Shown: positions 14,981-23,987 of the stretch, in pieces | How positions within the stretch are numbered: position 1 is the first letter of the stretch | How the letters are laid out: the number at the start of each line of letters is the position of its first letter | DNA from: a virus | Lineage: Duplodnaviria; Caudoviricetes | IMG/VR virus record: IMGVR_UViG_3300025127_007337 | Coordinates: 1-62,259 of that record | DNA: 62,259 nucleotides | Direction: 5' to 3' (one strand) | Program-made: the position numbers and the translations under genes | The notes under the pieces: generated by a model | The model's database searches: none | What the model was told of the DNA's origin: nothing | The model's input: the letters and a program-made list of their open reading frames with translations, nothing else

Positions 14981-15325
14981 ATGCTTGATGACTTAATAAA
15001 AGATTTAGAGACAAAAACAACCGATGAATACAAGAATGATTGGGATTTGACTGTTGAAAGGCACTATAATAAGCTTTGGAGCCTTATTTGTGACCAAAAA
15101 TCAGTAATGTTAGAACCAATTCACTTAAATATTGGAGAAAAACAACATTTTTACTCAAAATCAGATAAAAAGTACCTTTATCTTGGCCCAACTTGGCAAA
15201 TGTACCTTGTTTCTAGCAAAATTGACGAAAAAGGAAGAGTTATGGTGTACTCTCCGTACCTTTTTGCACAGGGACAGATCTTTTTAGTGCCAAATGACCT
15301 AATAATTCGCTTAGGATACAACTAA
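14981..15325 (+). CDS. Hypothetical protein
   Basis: 114-aa ORF in operon context. Confidence 0.7.
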   Translation: MLDDLIKDLETKTTDEYKNDWDLTVERHYNKLWSLICDQKSVMLEPIHLNIGEKQHFYSKSDKKYLYLGPTWQMYLVSSKIDEKGRVMVYSPYLFAQGQIFLVPNDLIIRLGYN

Positions 15326-15326
15326 A

Positions 15327-15452
15327 ATGGAATTATTACTACAAAAAGTTGCTTTATACGCTATTTTAAGTTTATTTTGGCTTATTTTTTACCATTTTAT
15401 TGGTTTTGAGGTCTCTGTAATCTTAATTTTACTAATTATTATGATAAAATGA
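15327..15452 (+). CDS. 41-aa membrane peptide
   Basis: Not in the track. Fills the gap; MELLLQKVALYAILSLFWLIFYHFIGFEVSVILILLIIMIK. Confidence 0.55.
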   Translation: MELLLQKVALYAILSLFWLIFYHFIGFEVSVILILLIIMIK

Positions 15453-15461
15453 GGGTAAATC

Positions 15462-15866
15462 ATGAAAATATCTAAACAAAAACTACAAAAAATCATCAAT
15501 GAAGAGCTAGAAATGGCTCAAAATACCCCTGAAATGACCTATTCTGGGCCAAAAACAGGGTCTAAAATAGATGATTCTGAGGGTGAAATGGCTAAAGATC
15601 AGCTACTACACATAGCAAGATACGCTATTGCTATGGCTTCTAAGCTTGATGATGACCAAGAATTGGAAGGTTGGGTACAATCTAAGATAACTTTAGCTAA
15701 AGACTATGTATCAAAAGTGAGACATTACCTTGAAAACGAGCTTCAAGTAGATATGCCGGAACCTCCAAGAGAAGATATAGAGAAAATAATGCAAAAATGT
15801 GAACAACAAGGTGCTGAAGAGAAGAAAAACTATGCCGGTCAAGGCAAGTTCTATTATGAGATCTAG
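15462..15866 (+). CDS. Putative internal head protein (EGEMAK.QL...LEGWVQSKIT.A.DY family)
   Basis: MKISKQKLQKIINEEL leader; module common in T4-like phages; ACTAATTA at 15431. Confidence 0.75.
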   Translation: MKISKQKLQKIINEELEMAQNTPEMTYSGPKTGSKIDDSEGEMAKDQLLHIARYAIAMASKLDDDQELEGWVQSKITLAKDYVSKVRHYLENELQVDMPEPPREDIEKIMQKCEQQGAEEKKNYAGQGKFYYEI

Positions 15867-16116
15867 TAAACGGGTATTTAACATGTTGGGTAGTGTGTAT
15901 AAAGATAAGTTTAAGATAGGAGAGTACGTTCAATATCGTAGAATCTCTAGAAATGAAAACTATGAGGCTTCATTTGTAACGTACCAAGGAATAATAACTG
16001 ACATAAAGTGTATCGACCCAGAATCAAGACCTGTATGGTATGCACAAATCTTGCAAAATGGCGGTCAAACTGATTTAGTATTACTATCGAAAATAAGAAA
16101 ACTGGAAACTAATTAG
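15856..16116 (+). CDS. SH3-like hypothetical protein
   Basis: KFKIGEYVQY...GIIT pattern; start position uncertain. Confidence 0.6.
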   Translation: MRSSKRVFNMLGSVYKDKFKIGEYVQYRRISRNENYEASFVTYQGIITDIKCIDPESRPVWYAQILQNGGQTDLVLLSKIRKLETN

Positions 16117-16119
16117 AAT

Positions 16120-17070
16120 ATGCCTTGTCAGATAAATAATAATTCCAATTTTGACGTAACAGAGATCGAAGGTCTTATACAAGATCTACACGATTTCTCA
16201 CAAAAACGTCTAGGTTTTAAAAAACCACCAGTATTGAACTTAATGTCTGATAAAAGCAATAAATCACCATTAGGAAAAACAGCTCATTATGATCCAAATT
16301 CTATGGAGATAACCATTTTTGTTGATGGTCGTCACCCAAAAGACATTATGAGATCATTTTCTCATGAACTTGTTCACCATTGTCAAAACGAAAATGGTAT
16401 GTTTGATAATATTGGAGGAGAAAGTGGAGATGGATATGCACAATCTAATCCACATTTGAGAAAAATGGAGAAAGAAGCCTATTTAAAAGGTAACATGTGC
16501 TTTAGAGATTGGGAGGATGGTTACAAATCTTCCAATCCAAACATTTTAAATGAAAGGAGAATATATAAAATGTCAACAAAAGATTGGAAAGATAAAGAAC
16601 TTAACTCGCTTCTTAACGAACGTTGGGGCTTCTCAATGGATTTGGGTAAACTTAATGAATCTAGTTGTGGAAGTAGAAATAGAGATGATGAGAAAGAGAA
16701 ACTAGAAGAAGAGGAAGACGATAATATTGGTAAAAAAAGCGTAAAAGCTGGAGCAGACAACAACCCAGAAGAAACTAAAATGGACCATCTTCCCGATGAA
16801 GTATTGAAAAATATTGCAAAGAAGAAAGATAAAAAAGATAAGAAAAATGAAGGAATGAACGAAGCTGATGATGATAAAGATAAAAAAAAGATGGGAAAAA
16901 ACCCTGAAGGGATCACTCAGTTAATGGCTGATATCAATGAACTTTCTGATGAAGAGTCACGGCCGATTTATAAAATGTTGCTAAAAAAACATGGAAAGAA
17001 AGATCAAAAAGAAGAAAAACTTCGCGAAGCAATCAGAAAAATAATTAAATCAAAATTAAGAAAAAAATGA
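16120..17070 (+). CDS. HExxH metallopeptidase-like protein with charged tail
   Basis: DIMRSFSHELVHHCQ...MEKEAYLKG; ACTAATTA 4 nt upstream. Confidence 0.75.
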   Translation: MPCQINNNSNFDVTEIEGLIQDLHDFSQKRLGFKKPPVLNLMSDKSNKSPLGKTAHYDPNSMEITIFVDGRHPKDIMRSFSHELVHHCQNENGMFDNIGGESGDGYAQSNPHLRKMEKEAYLKGNMCFRDWEDGYKSSNPNILNERRIYKMSTKDWKDKELNSLLNERWGFSMDLGKLNESSCGSRNRDDEKEKLEEEEDDNIGKKSVKAGADNNPEETKMDHLPDEVLKNIAKKKDKKDKKNEGMNEADDDKDKKKMGKNPEGITQLMADINELSDEESRPIYKMLLKKHGKKDQKEEKLREAIRKIIKSKLRKK

Positions 17071-18083
17071 AAAAGAAAATAATAGAAATAACAAATTTAG
17101 AACAATTAATGGAAATGTCTGGTGTAGGTGCAATACAAGGTGTTTCTGGACACATTCCTCATGTTGGCTCTAAGAAGCCTAAAGGCGATGATAAAAGAAA
17201 GGAATCTATCATGAGAAAAGAATTACAAACTGAAATGATGATGAGGCAGTACGTCCGTAATAAAATAAAAAAACAATTATGGGAACAGAAAAAACAAGAA
17301 GAAAGACAAGAACACGAACTTAGATTAGTAATTCGTTCCTTAATTAAAGAAGCTAAAGAAACTGCAAATCCTCACCCAAACACTGGTATTAACAAATTAC
17401 GAGATGCTTTTAGAAAAGCAAAACCAACACTTAAAGCTAAGTATCAACAACTAACGTCTTCTAAAGAACAGAGAGACACTTTTTCTGCTCACATGTTAAG
17501 AGCTTTTGTTCGTTTGTTTGATGAACTTGATGGTCTTCAAGCTAAAGGAGAAGTAGAAAGTGAAGTTGAAGATATTGAAACAGCAGTAGGTGAAGCTCCA
17601 GATCTTGGACTAGAAGCTCCACCAGAAGGAGAGGGTGAAGAAAATATTGATCAAGAAATTGATGATCTTTTAAAAGAAATGTTATATGAGGATGTTAAAG
17701 TTGATATTGATGATGATGAAATTGATGTTGTCTCAGATGATGAAAAAGCGGCAGCAGACAAAGAAAAAGAAGACAACAAAACCCAAGCAGAGAAAGACTT
17801 TGATAAAAAGAAAGAAGCGGACGCAGAAAAAGAAGAATTTGGAGCAGGATTAGAAGGTGATGCAACAGGTCGAAATCAAGCATTTGATGCTTTTAGACTA
17901 GTTCAAACTTATTTCTCAGATGCCTATCTAGATCTTTCTAATGAAGTAGACCAAAAAATGTATCGTGATTGGTGTTTGTTTAATATGAAACTTTTGTTTC
18001 AAAACTTTGAAGAATCTCTTCCTACTAATCCTGAAGAACCTGAAATTGAAAATCCTGATGAACAACAAGCAGCTGCACAATAG
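17067..18083 (+). CDS. Acidic hypothetical protein, possibly head-internal
   Basis: 338 aa; LRLVIRSLIKE motif; D/E-rich. Confidence 0.75.
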   Translation: MKKKIIEITNLEQLMEMSGVGAIQGVSGHIPHVGSKKPKGDDKRKESIMRKELQTEMMMRQYVRNKIKKQLWEQKKQEERQEHELRLVIRSLIKEAKETANPHPNTGINKLRDAFRKAKPTLKAKYQQLTSSKEQRDTFSAHMLRAFVRLFDELDGLQAKGEVESEVEDIETAVGEAPDLGLEAPPEGEGEENIDQEIDDLLKEMLYEDVKVDIDDDEIDVVSDDEKAAADKEKEDNKTQAEKDFDKKKEADAEKEEFGAGLEGDATGRNQAFDAFRLVQTYFSDAYLDLSNEVDQKMYRDWCLFNMKLLFQNFEESLPTNPEEPEIENPDEQQAAAQ

Positions 18084-18091
18084 AGGTTATA

Positions 18092-18445
18092 ATGTGGCAA
18101 AAAAAACGTAATGAAGTAAAAGGTAAATCTTATTACTACTCCACTATTAATCGTTTGCAAAAAGAAAAAAAGATTGATGAGGTCTTCTTGTCAAGAATAA
18201 ATCAATTAACATTAGAAGAAGTTATAGCCATTAAATTGGAAACAGCAGCTAGATTTATTAACCATAAGCTGTATGGCTTTCCAATATGGAAATCTTTGCA
18301 TTATGTTTGTAGAGAAGCTGTATTGATGTTCGCACTTTCTTCTACAAGATCTATAAACGATGCAGCATCATTTTTAGGCATATCTCAATCAGAGATAAAA
18401 GAAAATATAAAAAAATATAAAATTTCTCTTGACAACAAAGATTGA
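18092..18445 (+). CDS. Fis-type helix-turn-helix protein
   Basis: C-terminal VLMFALSSTRSINDAASFLGISQSEIKENIKKY aligns by eye with the Fis/HTH_8 pattern. Confidence 0.6.
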   Translation: MWQKKRNEVKGKSYYYSTINRLQKEKKIDEVFLSRINQLTLEEVIAIKLETAARFINHKLYGFPIWKSLHYVCREAVLMFALSSTRSINDAASFLGISQSEIKENIKKYKISLDNKD

Positions 18446-18457
18446 ACGTGTTATAAT
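18429..18457 (+). promoter_or_regulatory. Consensus sigma70 promoter
   Basis: TTGACA-17 bp-TATAAT with CGTGT extension. Confidence 0.85.
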
Positions 18458-18481
18458 AATATTATAATCTTTGGAGAGAGG

Positions 18482-19285
18482 ATGAAAAAAAGAATAGTTT
18501 TATTTGATATGGACGGTACTTTAACACCGCCAAGAAAAGAATTAGATCGTGATTTAATTCCTGCATTACGAGAACTTGCTAAAATAAGCGAGATTGGTAT
18601 TGTTACTGGATCGGATCACAATTACGTTTTGCAACAAATGGGTTTGTTGATGGAGAATAGCGAGATACGTTACAAATTACATATCCTCCCTTGTAATGGC
18701 ACAAAATATTATCCTCCTCCCCAAGCTGCCACTCAGCCGCACCAACTAGCCTTCGAAAAAAACATGAGAGAAGAATTAGGTGAATTGGGATTTACAACAA
18801 TCATGCGACACATTCTTCAACGACAAGCCCAGTTGCATCTTTATAATATTCCTATGACAGGTCATTTTATCGATTACAGAGGCTCCATGATCAATTGGTG
18901 CCCTATAGGAAGAAACGCTAATGACAATGATAGACAAAGGTTTATACACTTTGATCATGACAACTCAGATTTCAGAATGGGGGAAATTAGATCATTTACA
19001 AAATTTTTAGAAAGAAGTTTTATGAATGAAAAGTTGCAAATTAAGTTAGGTGGAGAAACATCTTTTGATATTTATCCTAAAGGGTGGAACAAAACCTTCG
19101 CACTACAACATTTTGATGATTATGAATGTTGGTTTGTTGGTGATCGTTGTGGAGAAAATGGAAATGATCAAGCTATTTATGAAAGGCTTAGAGTTCATGG
19201 AAGATCTTTTGAAGTAAAATCAACAAAAGATACTTTAAATTTAATTTTTGACGAAATAATTCCAAGAATAGCTAATGATAGATAG
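18482..19285 (+). CDS. Eukaryote-type (HAD-IIB, PMM2/Sec53-like) phosphomannomutase
   Basis: LFDMDGTLTPPR, VTGSD, FIDYRGSMINWCPIGRNA, GGETSFDIYPKGWNKT, FVGD...GND. Confidence 0.88.
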   Translation: MKKRIVLFDMDGTLTPPRKELDRDLIPALRELAKISEIGIVTGSDHNYVLQQMGLLMENSEIRYKLHILPCNGTKYYPPPQAATQPHQLAFEKNMREELGELGFTTIMRHILQRQAQLHLYNIPMTGHFIDYRGSMINWCPIGRNANDNDRQRFIHFDHDNSDFRMGEIRSFTKFLERSFMNEKLQIKLGGETSFDIYPKGWNKTFALQHFDDYECWFVGDRCGENGNDQAIYERLRVHGRSFEVKSTKDTLNLIFDEIIPRIANDR

Positions 19286-19290
19286 GTTTT

Positions 19291-19620
19291 ATGATTATGA
19301 AAATTTTTTATTTAAATCGCCTTGAAGATGAATCTGGTGTTTCTGGAACTGGACGAGTTGCTCAAGGCTTTATTTTTGATAATGGAAAGGTAGCTTTGAC
19401 ATGGTTATCAGAACACCCCTCCATAACAATTTATGACAATATAGGAGAAGTGCATGCTATACACTCTCACGACGGAAAAACAGAAGTTGAAATGATGCCA
19501 GATTTTAAAAGAGCTTTTAATGAACTTAAATCATTTATTGATAACTTTTCTCTTACTGAGGTTTGTATGTCTAAAGTTTCACCTGAATCACCAGCAGGAA
19601 AACTGATAACTAAAAACTAG
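19291..19620 (+). CDS. Conserved phage hypothetical protein (DESGVSGTGRVAQG family)
   Basis: Recognisable conserved motif. Confidence 0.75.
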   Translation: MIMKIFYLNRLEDESGVSGTGRVAQGFIFDNGKVALTWLSEHPSITIYDNIGEVHAIHSHDGKTEVEMMPDFKRAFNELKSFIDNFSLTEVCMSKVSPESPAGKLITKN

Positions 19621-19627
19621 TTATGAA

Positions 19628-20119
19628 GTGGATAAGTTATATACATTAAAGCTGGATGCATCGTGGAGACCCATAGAAGTAATTGATGCTTTTAAGGGCG
19701 TAAATATGGTGCTTGGAGGCCGCGCAAGAGTCTTGGAGTGTTATGACACCGGTCCGCACCCAACGGTTAATTTTCCGGCTGTTATCGTCCTTAAAACGTA
19801 TATACATAAAAGAAGGTTTACAATGACCTGTAATCGGAAAAATGTCGTTTGGAGAGATCAAAACACCTGTCAATATTGTGGAGGTGTTTTTTCTTTTAAA
19901 GATTTAACAATGGATCATGTTCTACCTCAATATCATGGTGGAACAAAGACATGGGATAACATTGTTGCTTCTTGCAAAAGATGCAATGGAAAGAAAGGTC
20001 ACAAAAAACTTGAAGAAATTTCAATGAATCTCTTGACAAAACCAAAAAAACCTGCTATAACTATAAGAGACTATTATAGACAAATAAGGTTTCCCGAATG
20101 TTGGGACAAATATATTTAA
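19628..20119 (+). CDS. HNH endonuclease (McrA-like)
   Basis: RDQNTCQYCG...LTMDHVLP..GG..WDNIVASCKRCNGKKG. Confidence 0.92.
   Translation: MDKLYTLKLDASWRPIEVIDAFKGVNMVLGGRARVLECYDTGPHPTVNFPAVIVLKTYIHKRRFTMTCNRKNVVWRDQNTCQYCGGVFSFKDLTMDHVLPQYHGGTKTWDNIVASCKRCNGKKGHKKLEEISMNLLTKPKKPAITIRDYYRQIRFPECWDKYI
20033..20061 (+). promoter_or_regulatory. Internal sigma70 promoter upstream of the cytidylyltransferase
   Basis: TTGACA-17 bp-TATAAC with extended TG. Confidence 0.55.
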
Positions 20120-20129
20120 AGGAGATTAT

Positions 20130-20552
20130 ATGAGACAAAGACCCTTAATTGCTGTGAGTGGTGGCTTTGACCCTGTTCACATAGGACACGTTAGAATGAT
20201 AAGAGATGCATCTCGTTATGGAGATGTTATGGTTATTATAAATTCTGATGATTGGTTACAAAGAAAAAAAGGTTATGTATTTATGCCATACAAAGAAAGA
20301 GCAGAAATCATGGGAAACATTAAAGGTGTTACTCTTATAACCTCAGTAGATGATGCAGATGGAACCGTATGTCAAGCCCTGAGAAGGCACAAGCCCGATG
20401 CATTTGCTAATGGTGGAGATCGTAAAACTGAGAACACACCAGAAATGGATGTGTGCGAAGAACTAGGAATTCAAATGTTGTGGTCTGTTGGTGGTGGCGA
20501 CAAACCACAATCTTCATCATGGCTAGTAAACAAATTAAAGGAGAATAAATAA
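20130..20552 (+). CDS. Cytidylyltransferase-like nucleotidyltransferase (HIGH family)
   Basis: SGGFDPVHIGH, NSDDWL.RKKG, FANGGDR, QSSSWL. Confidence 0.92.
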   Translation: MRQRPLIAVSGGFDPVHIGHVRMIRDASRYGDVMVIINSDDWLQRKKGYVFMPYKERAEIMGNIKGVTLITSVDDADGTVCQALRRHKPDAFANGGDRKTENTPEMDVCEELGIQMLWSVGGGDKPQSSSWLVNKLKENK

Positions 20553-20806
20553 TGGATGCAGATGAATTTTCAGAAAAACTAATGAAGTTGTCAATGGACC
20601 TACAGTCTTGGCCTCAGTCAAAACAAAAAGCATTTACAGAACTTCTGTATGCTTCTAAGAGAGCATTTGAGATAGGATTAACTCAGGAGGAAATACAACT
20701 AATTGTTGTATCAGCAGTACAAATAGCAAAGAATCCAGACATAAAACAATTGTTTTCAATTTTGACAGGAGAGTTTAACACCAATCCTGATGATGAATTT
20801 CAATAA
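20552..20806 (+). CDS. Hypothetical protein
   Basis: AAGGAG RBS; coupled start. Confidence 0.7.
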   Translation: MDADEFSEKLMKLSMDLQSWPQSKQKAFTELLYASKRAFEIGLTQEEIQLIVVSAVQIAKNPDIKQLFSILTGEFNTNPDDEFQ

Positions 20807-20818
20807 TTAATAAACAAG

Positions 20819-20843
20819 AGCGAGGAGAAATCCTCGCTTTTTT
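20819..20843 (+). terminator. Intrinsic terminator
   Basis: AGCGAGGA-GAAA-TCCTCGCT followed by T-run. Confidence 0.9.
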
Positions 20844-20878
20844 GCTATTTATAGTAATTAATATTTGGAGAGAGATAT

Positions 20879-23800
20879 ATGCCTAATGAAATAAAAGCAC
20901 CTAAGATTTTAAAAGAAACGATAAAACAAGTTTATGAGTTTATGAAAATAGAAAACTTGTTATTAGAATTTGATAGAAGAACTGTTCTTCGTTTAATTAT
21001 TGAAGCCGTTACAGAAGAAGAGCTTGCCGCATTTAATAATGCTAAAGATAAAGACGCAGCAAAAGATGTATACAAAGCATTATTAAAAAAATATCACCCA
21101 GACAGAGCTCCTGAAGGAAAAGAACAAGAGTTTAATGAAGATTTTTTAAAAATACAAAAAGCATACGAAAAACGTTGTAGTCAACTTGAAGGTGAAGAGT
21201 GCGAGACTCATGACTCTGTAAAGAAAGAAGCAGATGAAGAAATGAAAAAAGAACAAGGGCAACAAGCTCAAGGAGCACAACAAGATATACAAGATGTCAA
21301 AACTTTTCTTCAAAAGGCACAAGAAAAGTATCACAATTTATACGAACAAATGAAGCAAGTTATAGAGAAGTTTTCTAGCGAACCAAAAGCCTTTTTTGAA
21401 GACCAACAGTTTATAAACAAACTTGTTTCTGTAGCTCAAGCACTAAACGAACAAAAAGTAGGAGATCTTGGGGTAGAAATAAAAGATGGTGATTTAAAAG
21501 GAAATATTGAAAGAATTGTAGCGGTGCTTGAACAAATAAGAAAAGAACTGTTGCAAGCTTTAGTTAAAAAAGGACAACTAGTTAGACAAAATCCTCCACA
21601 ACCAGAAGAAGAAAAACAAGAACTACAAGAAAACTATACACAAAATCTTAAAGATTCAATTAGAAGAACTATTAAAAAAGCTGTGGAAGCAAACCCAGAA
21701 ACTGACGCAGAGGAATTAGCGAAAAAAATATTTGATTTATATATTTCGGGAGATAGTAAAAAAATTAATGCCTTTGTTGAAAAATTAGGAGGAACAGGAC
21801 AATCTGAAGAATACAACAAAGATCTGTCTGACACTTCCAAAAAACAGGGAATTAACTGGTTTACAGGTACAGCAGTTCGACACAAACAATCTCTTTCTGC
21901 TTTGGTCGCAACCATGCCAAATGGTGAAGAAATCCAAGCTTCAAAAGAAGATTTAAAAGCTACTTTTGACATAATAAAGGCATCAGATAGGTTTGTAAGA
22001 ATTTATGAATTACTATTTCAACTAATAAATAAAAAAATATCTTTAGATAAAGTAGATCTTCCTAAGCCAATAGACCTTTCAAAACCACCATTGCAGCCAA
22101 GAGTTGATTTAAATAAAATAACTTTAACAAAACCCGAAATAAAGAAAGATGATGATGTCGTTGTTGATGATGACGGCGACGGATCAGCCGATGCATTTAA
22201 TACAGATGAATTTAAAGCGTGGTATTACGATGGTAAAGTTCCAGCAGGGTCCGCAACTGATACAGGTGCTAAACAAGAGCAACCTACTCTTAAAGAACAA
22301 AGTGGAGAAACACGATCTTTTAACGACCATAGAGAAGACTTTACAAAAAGTTTTACACGTATACCAATGTTGCAAATACAGTCTCAAATATTTACTAGAC
22401 TTTATAGTGAAATTTCAAACCTTAATGATGAAAATTGGTTAAAGAAATTTAATATGCAAGGAGGAACAGACTTTGAAAAAGATCAAGTTTCTCAACAGAT
22501 ACAAGAACAACAAAAAGAACAAGTAGAATTTGATGAAAACGATATCGCAACTTTCAAAGAAGAATATGAAAATTGCTTAAAGATAGCCAAAGCCTTAAAT
22601 GTTCTTGTTAAAAAACTTGACAAAGAATCTAGTGGATTAGAGACTATTGGTGGAAGTAAAATAGTTGATGCATCAAGAAAAATAGCACAAGCTCTACAAA
22701 ACTCTTTAGCAAAGGTTTCTCAAACTATTTCAGCAGAATTAGACCAATACGTTGGTAAAGGTGGAAAACTAACAGAAGCACCAGAAAAAAGCCCTGAACA
22801 AGCAAGACAAGATGCTAATAAAGCTAAAAGAAAGAAAAGAGGAGAAAAAGTTGTTTCTGTACATCGAGCTGTTGTAGGTGACTTAAGAGAAATTGACCAA
22901 GCGGTTCGTTCTGCTGGAGCTGAAGGTATAGATAAAGACACAATTCTAAATGCTGCTAAAAGAATTCAGGATCAACTAGATAGTATAAAGAAATTTTTTC
23001 CTTCTATTGCTCCATTTGGAAAAGTAGTAAAAGACCCAGATAAAATGATTAAGCAATTAAAGATATTTGCAGCAGGACTGGTTACAGATTTAGAAGATTT
23101 TATGGACCAACTAAAATCTCTAACAGCCGTTAGAGGAATGAATGAACAAGTAGAAAAAAGAAAATATGATACAGAAACTATAGCAGATTTTAAACAAAAG
23201 ATTATTAAAATGTCTTCCAAGATACAAGAATATTTTGATGTTAAATCTGATATCCCCGAAGTTGGTAAAAAGAAAGCTCCAAAAGTTACAAATATAGAAC
23301 AAGCAGCTGCCGAAGGCCCTGGTGGAGATAAAGCTATACAACAAGGAAAAGCAGAAGCTCCACAAAGAGAAAAAGAAGAAGAAACTAAGGGAATAAGTAA
23401 TCACTCTCAAGCAGTTACAAAATTAAAAAGTTATGAGACAGTTTTTAATAACATTTATGATGATCTAAGTAACCAACCAGGAGACATTAAACGAGTCTCA
23501 CTTATAGACAAAAAAGATTTCACCAGCGCATTAGTGGTTTTATTAAACAATTTTCCAGAAACCGAAAAACCAGTACAAGAAGAGATAGGCCCAAAAGTAA
23601 CCACAACAGAAGGATCAGGTTTTAAAGTTTTTGGTTTAGACAAAGAAAAATTAAAAATAATAAACAATTTAATCAAAATTGACCAATCTGGAGGTTTATC
23701 TAACTTCATGTATGCTTTACAAAAAGATAAAACAGGAGCAATGATACTTAAGAACAGAATTGATCAAAAATTAAAAGGTATTTCGTTTAATCTAGATTTT

Positions 23801-23986
23801 AATGAAATAAAAAAGTTTTATAAAACTAAAGAAAAAGATCCTCAACAAAAAGACGATAAAGATTTCCAAGCTGGTAAGAAATTTGGAGATAAAGTTAAAG
23901 GAATGTTTAAAGAAGAAAAAAAACAAGAACAACTAGAAAAGAAGCTAGAAAAATTAATTGAACACTACCTAAAAAACAGGATATAA
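20879..23986 (+). CDS. 1035-aa helical protein with N-terminal DnaJ-type J-domain
   Basis: KDVYKALLKKYHPDRAP...EDFLKIQKAYE (HPD motif, helices II-III); the remainder is coiled-coil/charged. Confidence 0.75.
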   Translation: MPNEIKAPKILKETIKQVYEFMKIENLLLEFDRRTVLRLIIEAVTEEELAAFNNAKDKDAAKDVYKALLKKYHPDRAPEGKEQEFNEDFLKIQKAYEKRCSQLEGEECETHDSVKKEADEEMKKEQGQQAQGAQQDIQDVKTFLQKAQEKYHNLYEQMKQVIEKFSSEPKAFFEDQQFINKLVSVAQALNEQKVGDLGVEIKDGDLKGNIERIVAVLEQIRKELLQALVKKGQLVRQNPPQPEEEKQELQENYTQNLKDSIRRTIKKAVEANPETDAEELAKKIFDLYISGDSKKINAFVEKLGGTGQSEEYNKDLSDTSKKQGINWFTGTAVRHKQSLSALVATMPNGEEIQASKEDLKATFDIIKASDRFVRIYELLFQLINKKISLDKVDLPKPIDLSKPPLQPRVDLNKITLTKPEIKKDDDVVVDDDGDGSADAFNTDEFKAWYYDGKVPAGSATDTGAKQEQPTLKEQSGETRSFNDHREDFTKSFTRIPMLQIQSQIFTRLYSEISNLNDENWLKKFNMQGGTDFEKDQVSQQIQEQQKEQVEFDENDIATFKEEYENCLKIAKALNVLVKKLDKESSGLETIGGSKIVDASRKIAQALQNSLAKVSQTISAELDQYVGKGGKLTEAPEKSPEQARQDANKAKRKKRGEKVVSVHRAVVGDLREIDQAVRSAGAEGIDKDTILNAAKRIQDQLDSIKKFFPSIAPFGKVVKDPDKMIKQLKIFAAGLVTDLEDFMDQLKSLTAVRGMNEQVEKRKYDTETIADFKQKIIKMSSKIQEYFDVKSDIPEVGKKKAPKVTNIEQAAAEGPGGDKAIQQGKAEAPQREKEEETKGISNHSQAVTKLKSYETVFNNIYDDLSNQPGDIKRVSLIDKKDFTSALVVLLNNFPETEKPVQEEIGPKVTTTEGSGFKVFGLDKEKLKIINNLIKIDQSGGLSNFMYALQKDKTGAMILKNRIDQKLKGISFNLDFNEIKKFYKTKEKDPQQKDDKDFQAGKKFGDKVKGMFKEEKKQEQLEKKLEKLIEHYLKNRI

Positions 23987-23987
23987 A

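Noticed and set aside
19628-20119. HNH as an intron or homing mobile element
   Set aside because: It is a free-standing McrA-type HNH and does not interrupt any visible gene.
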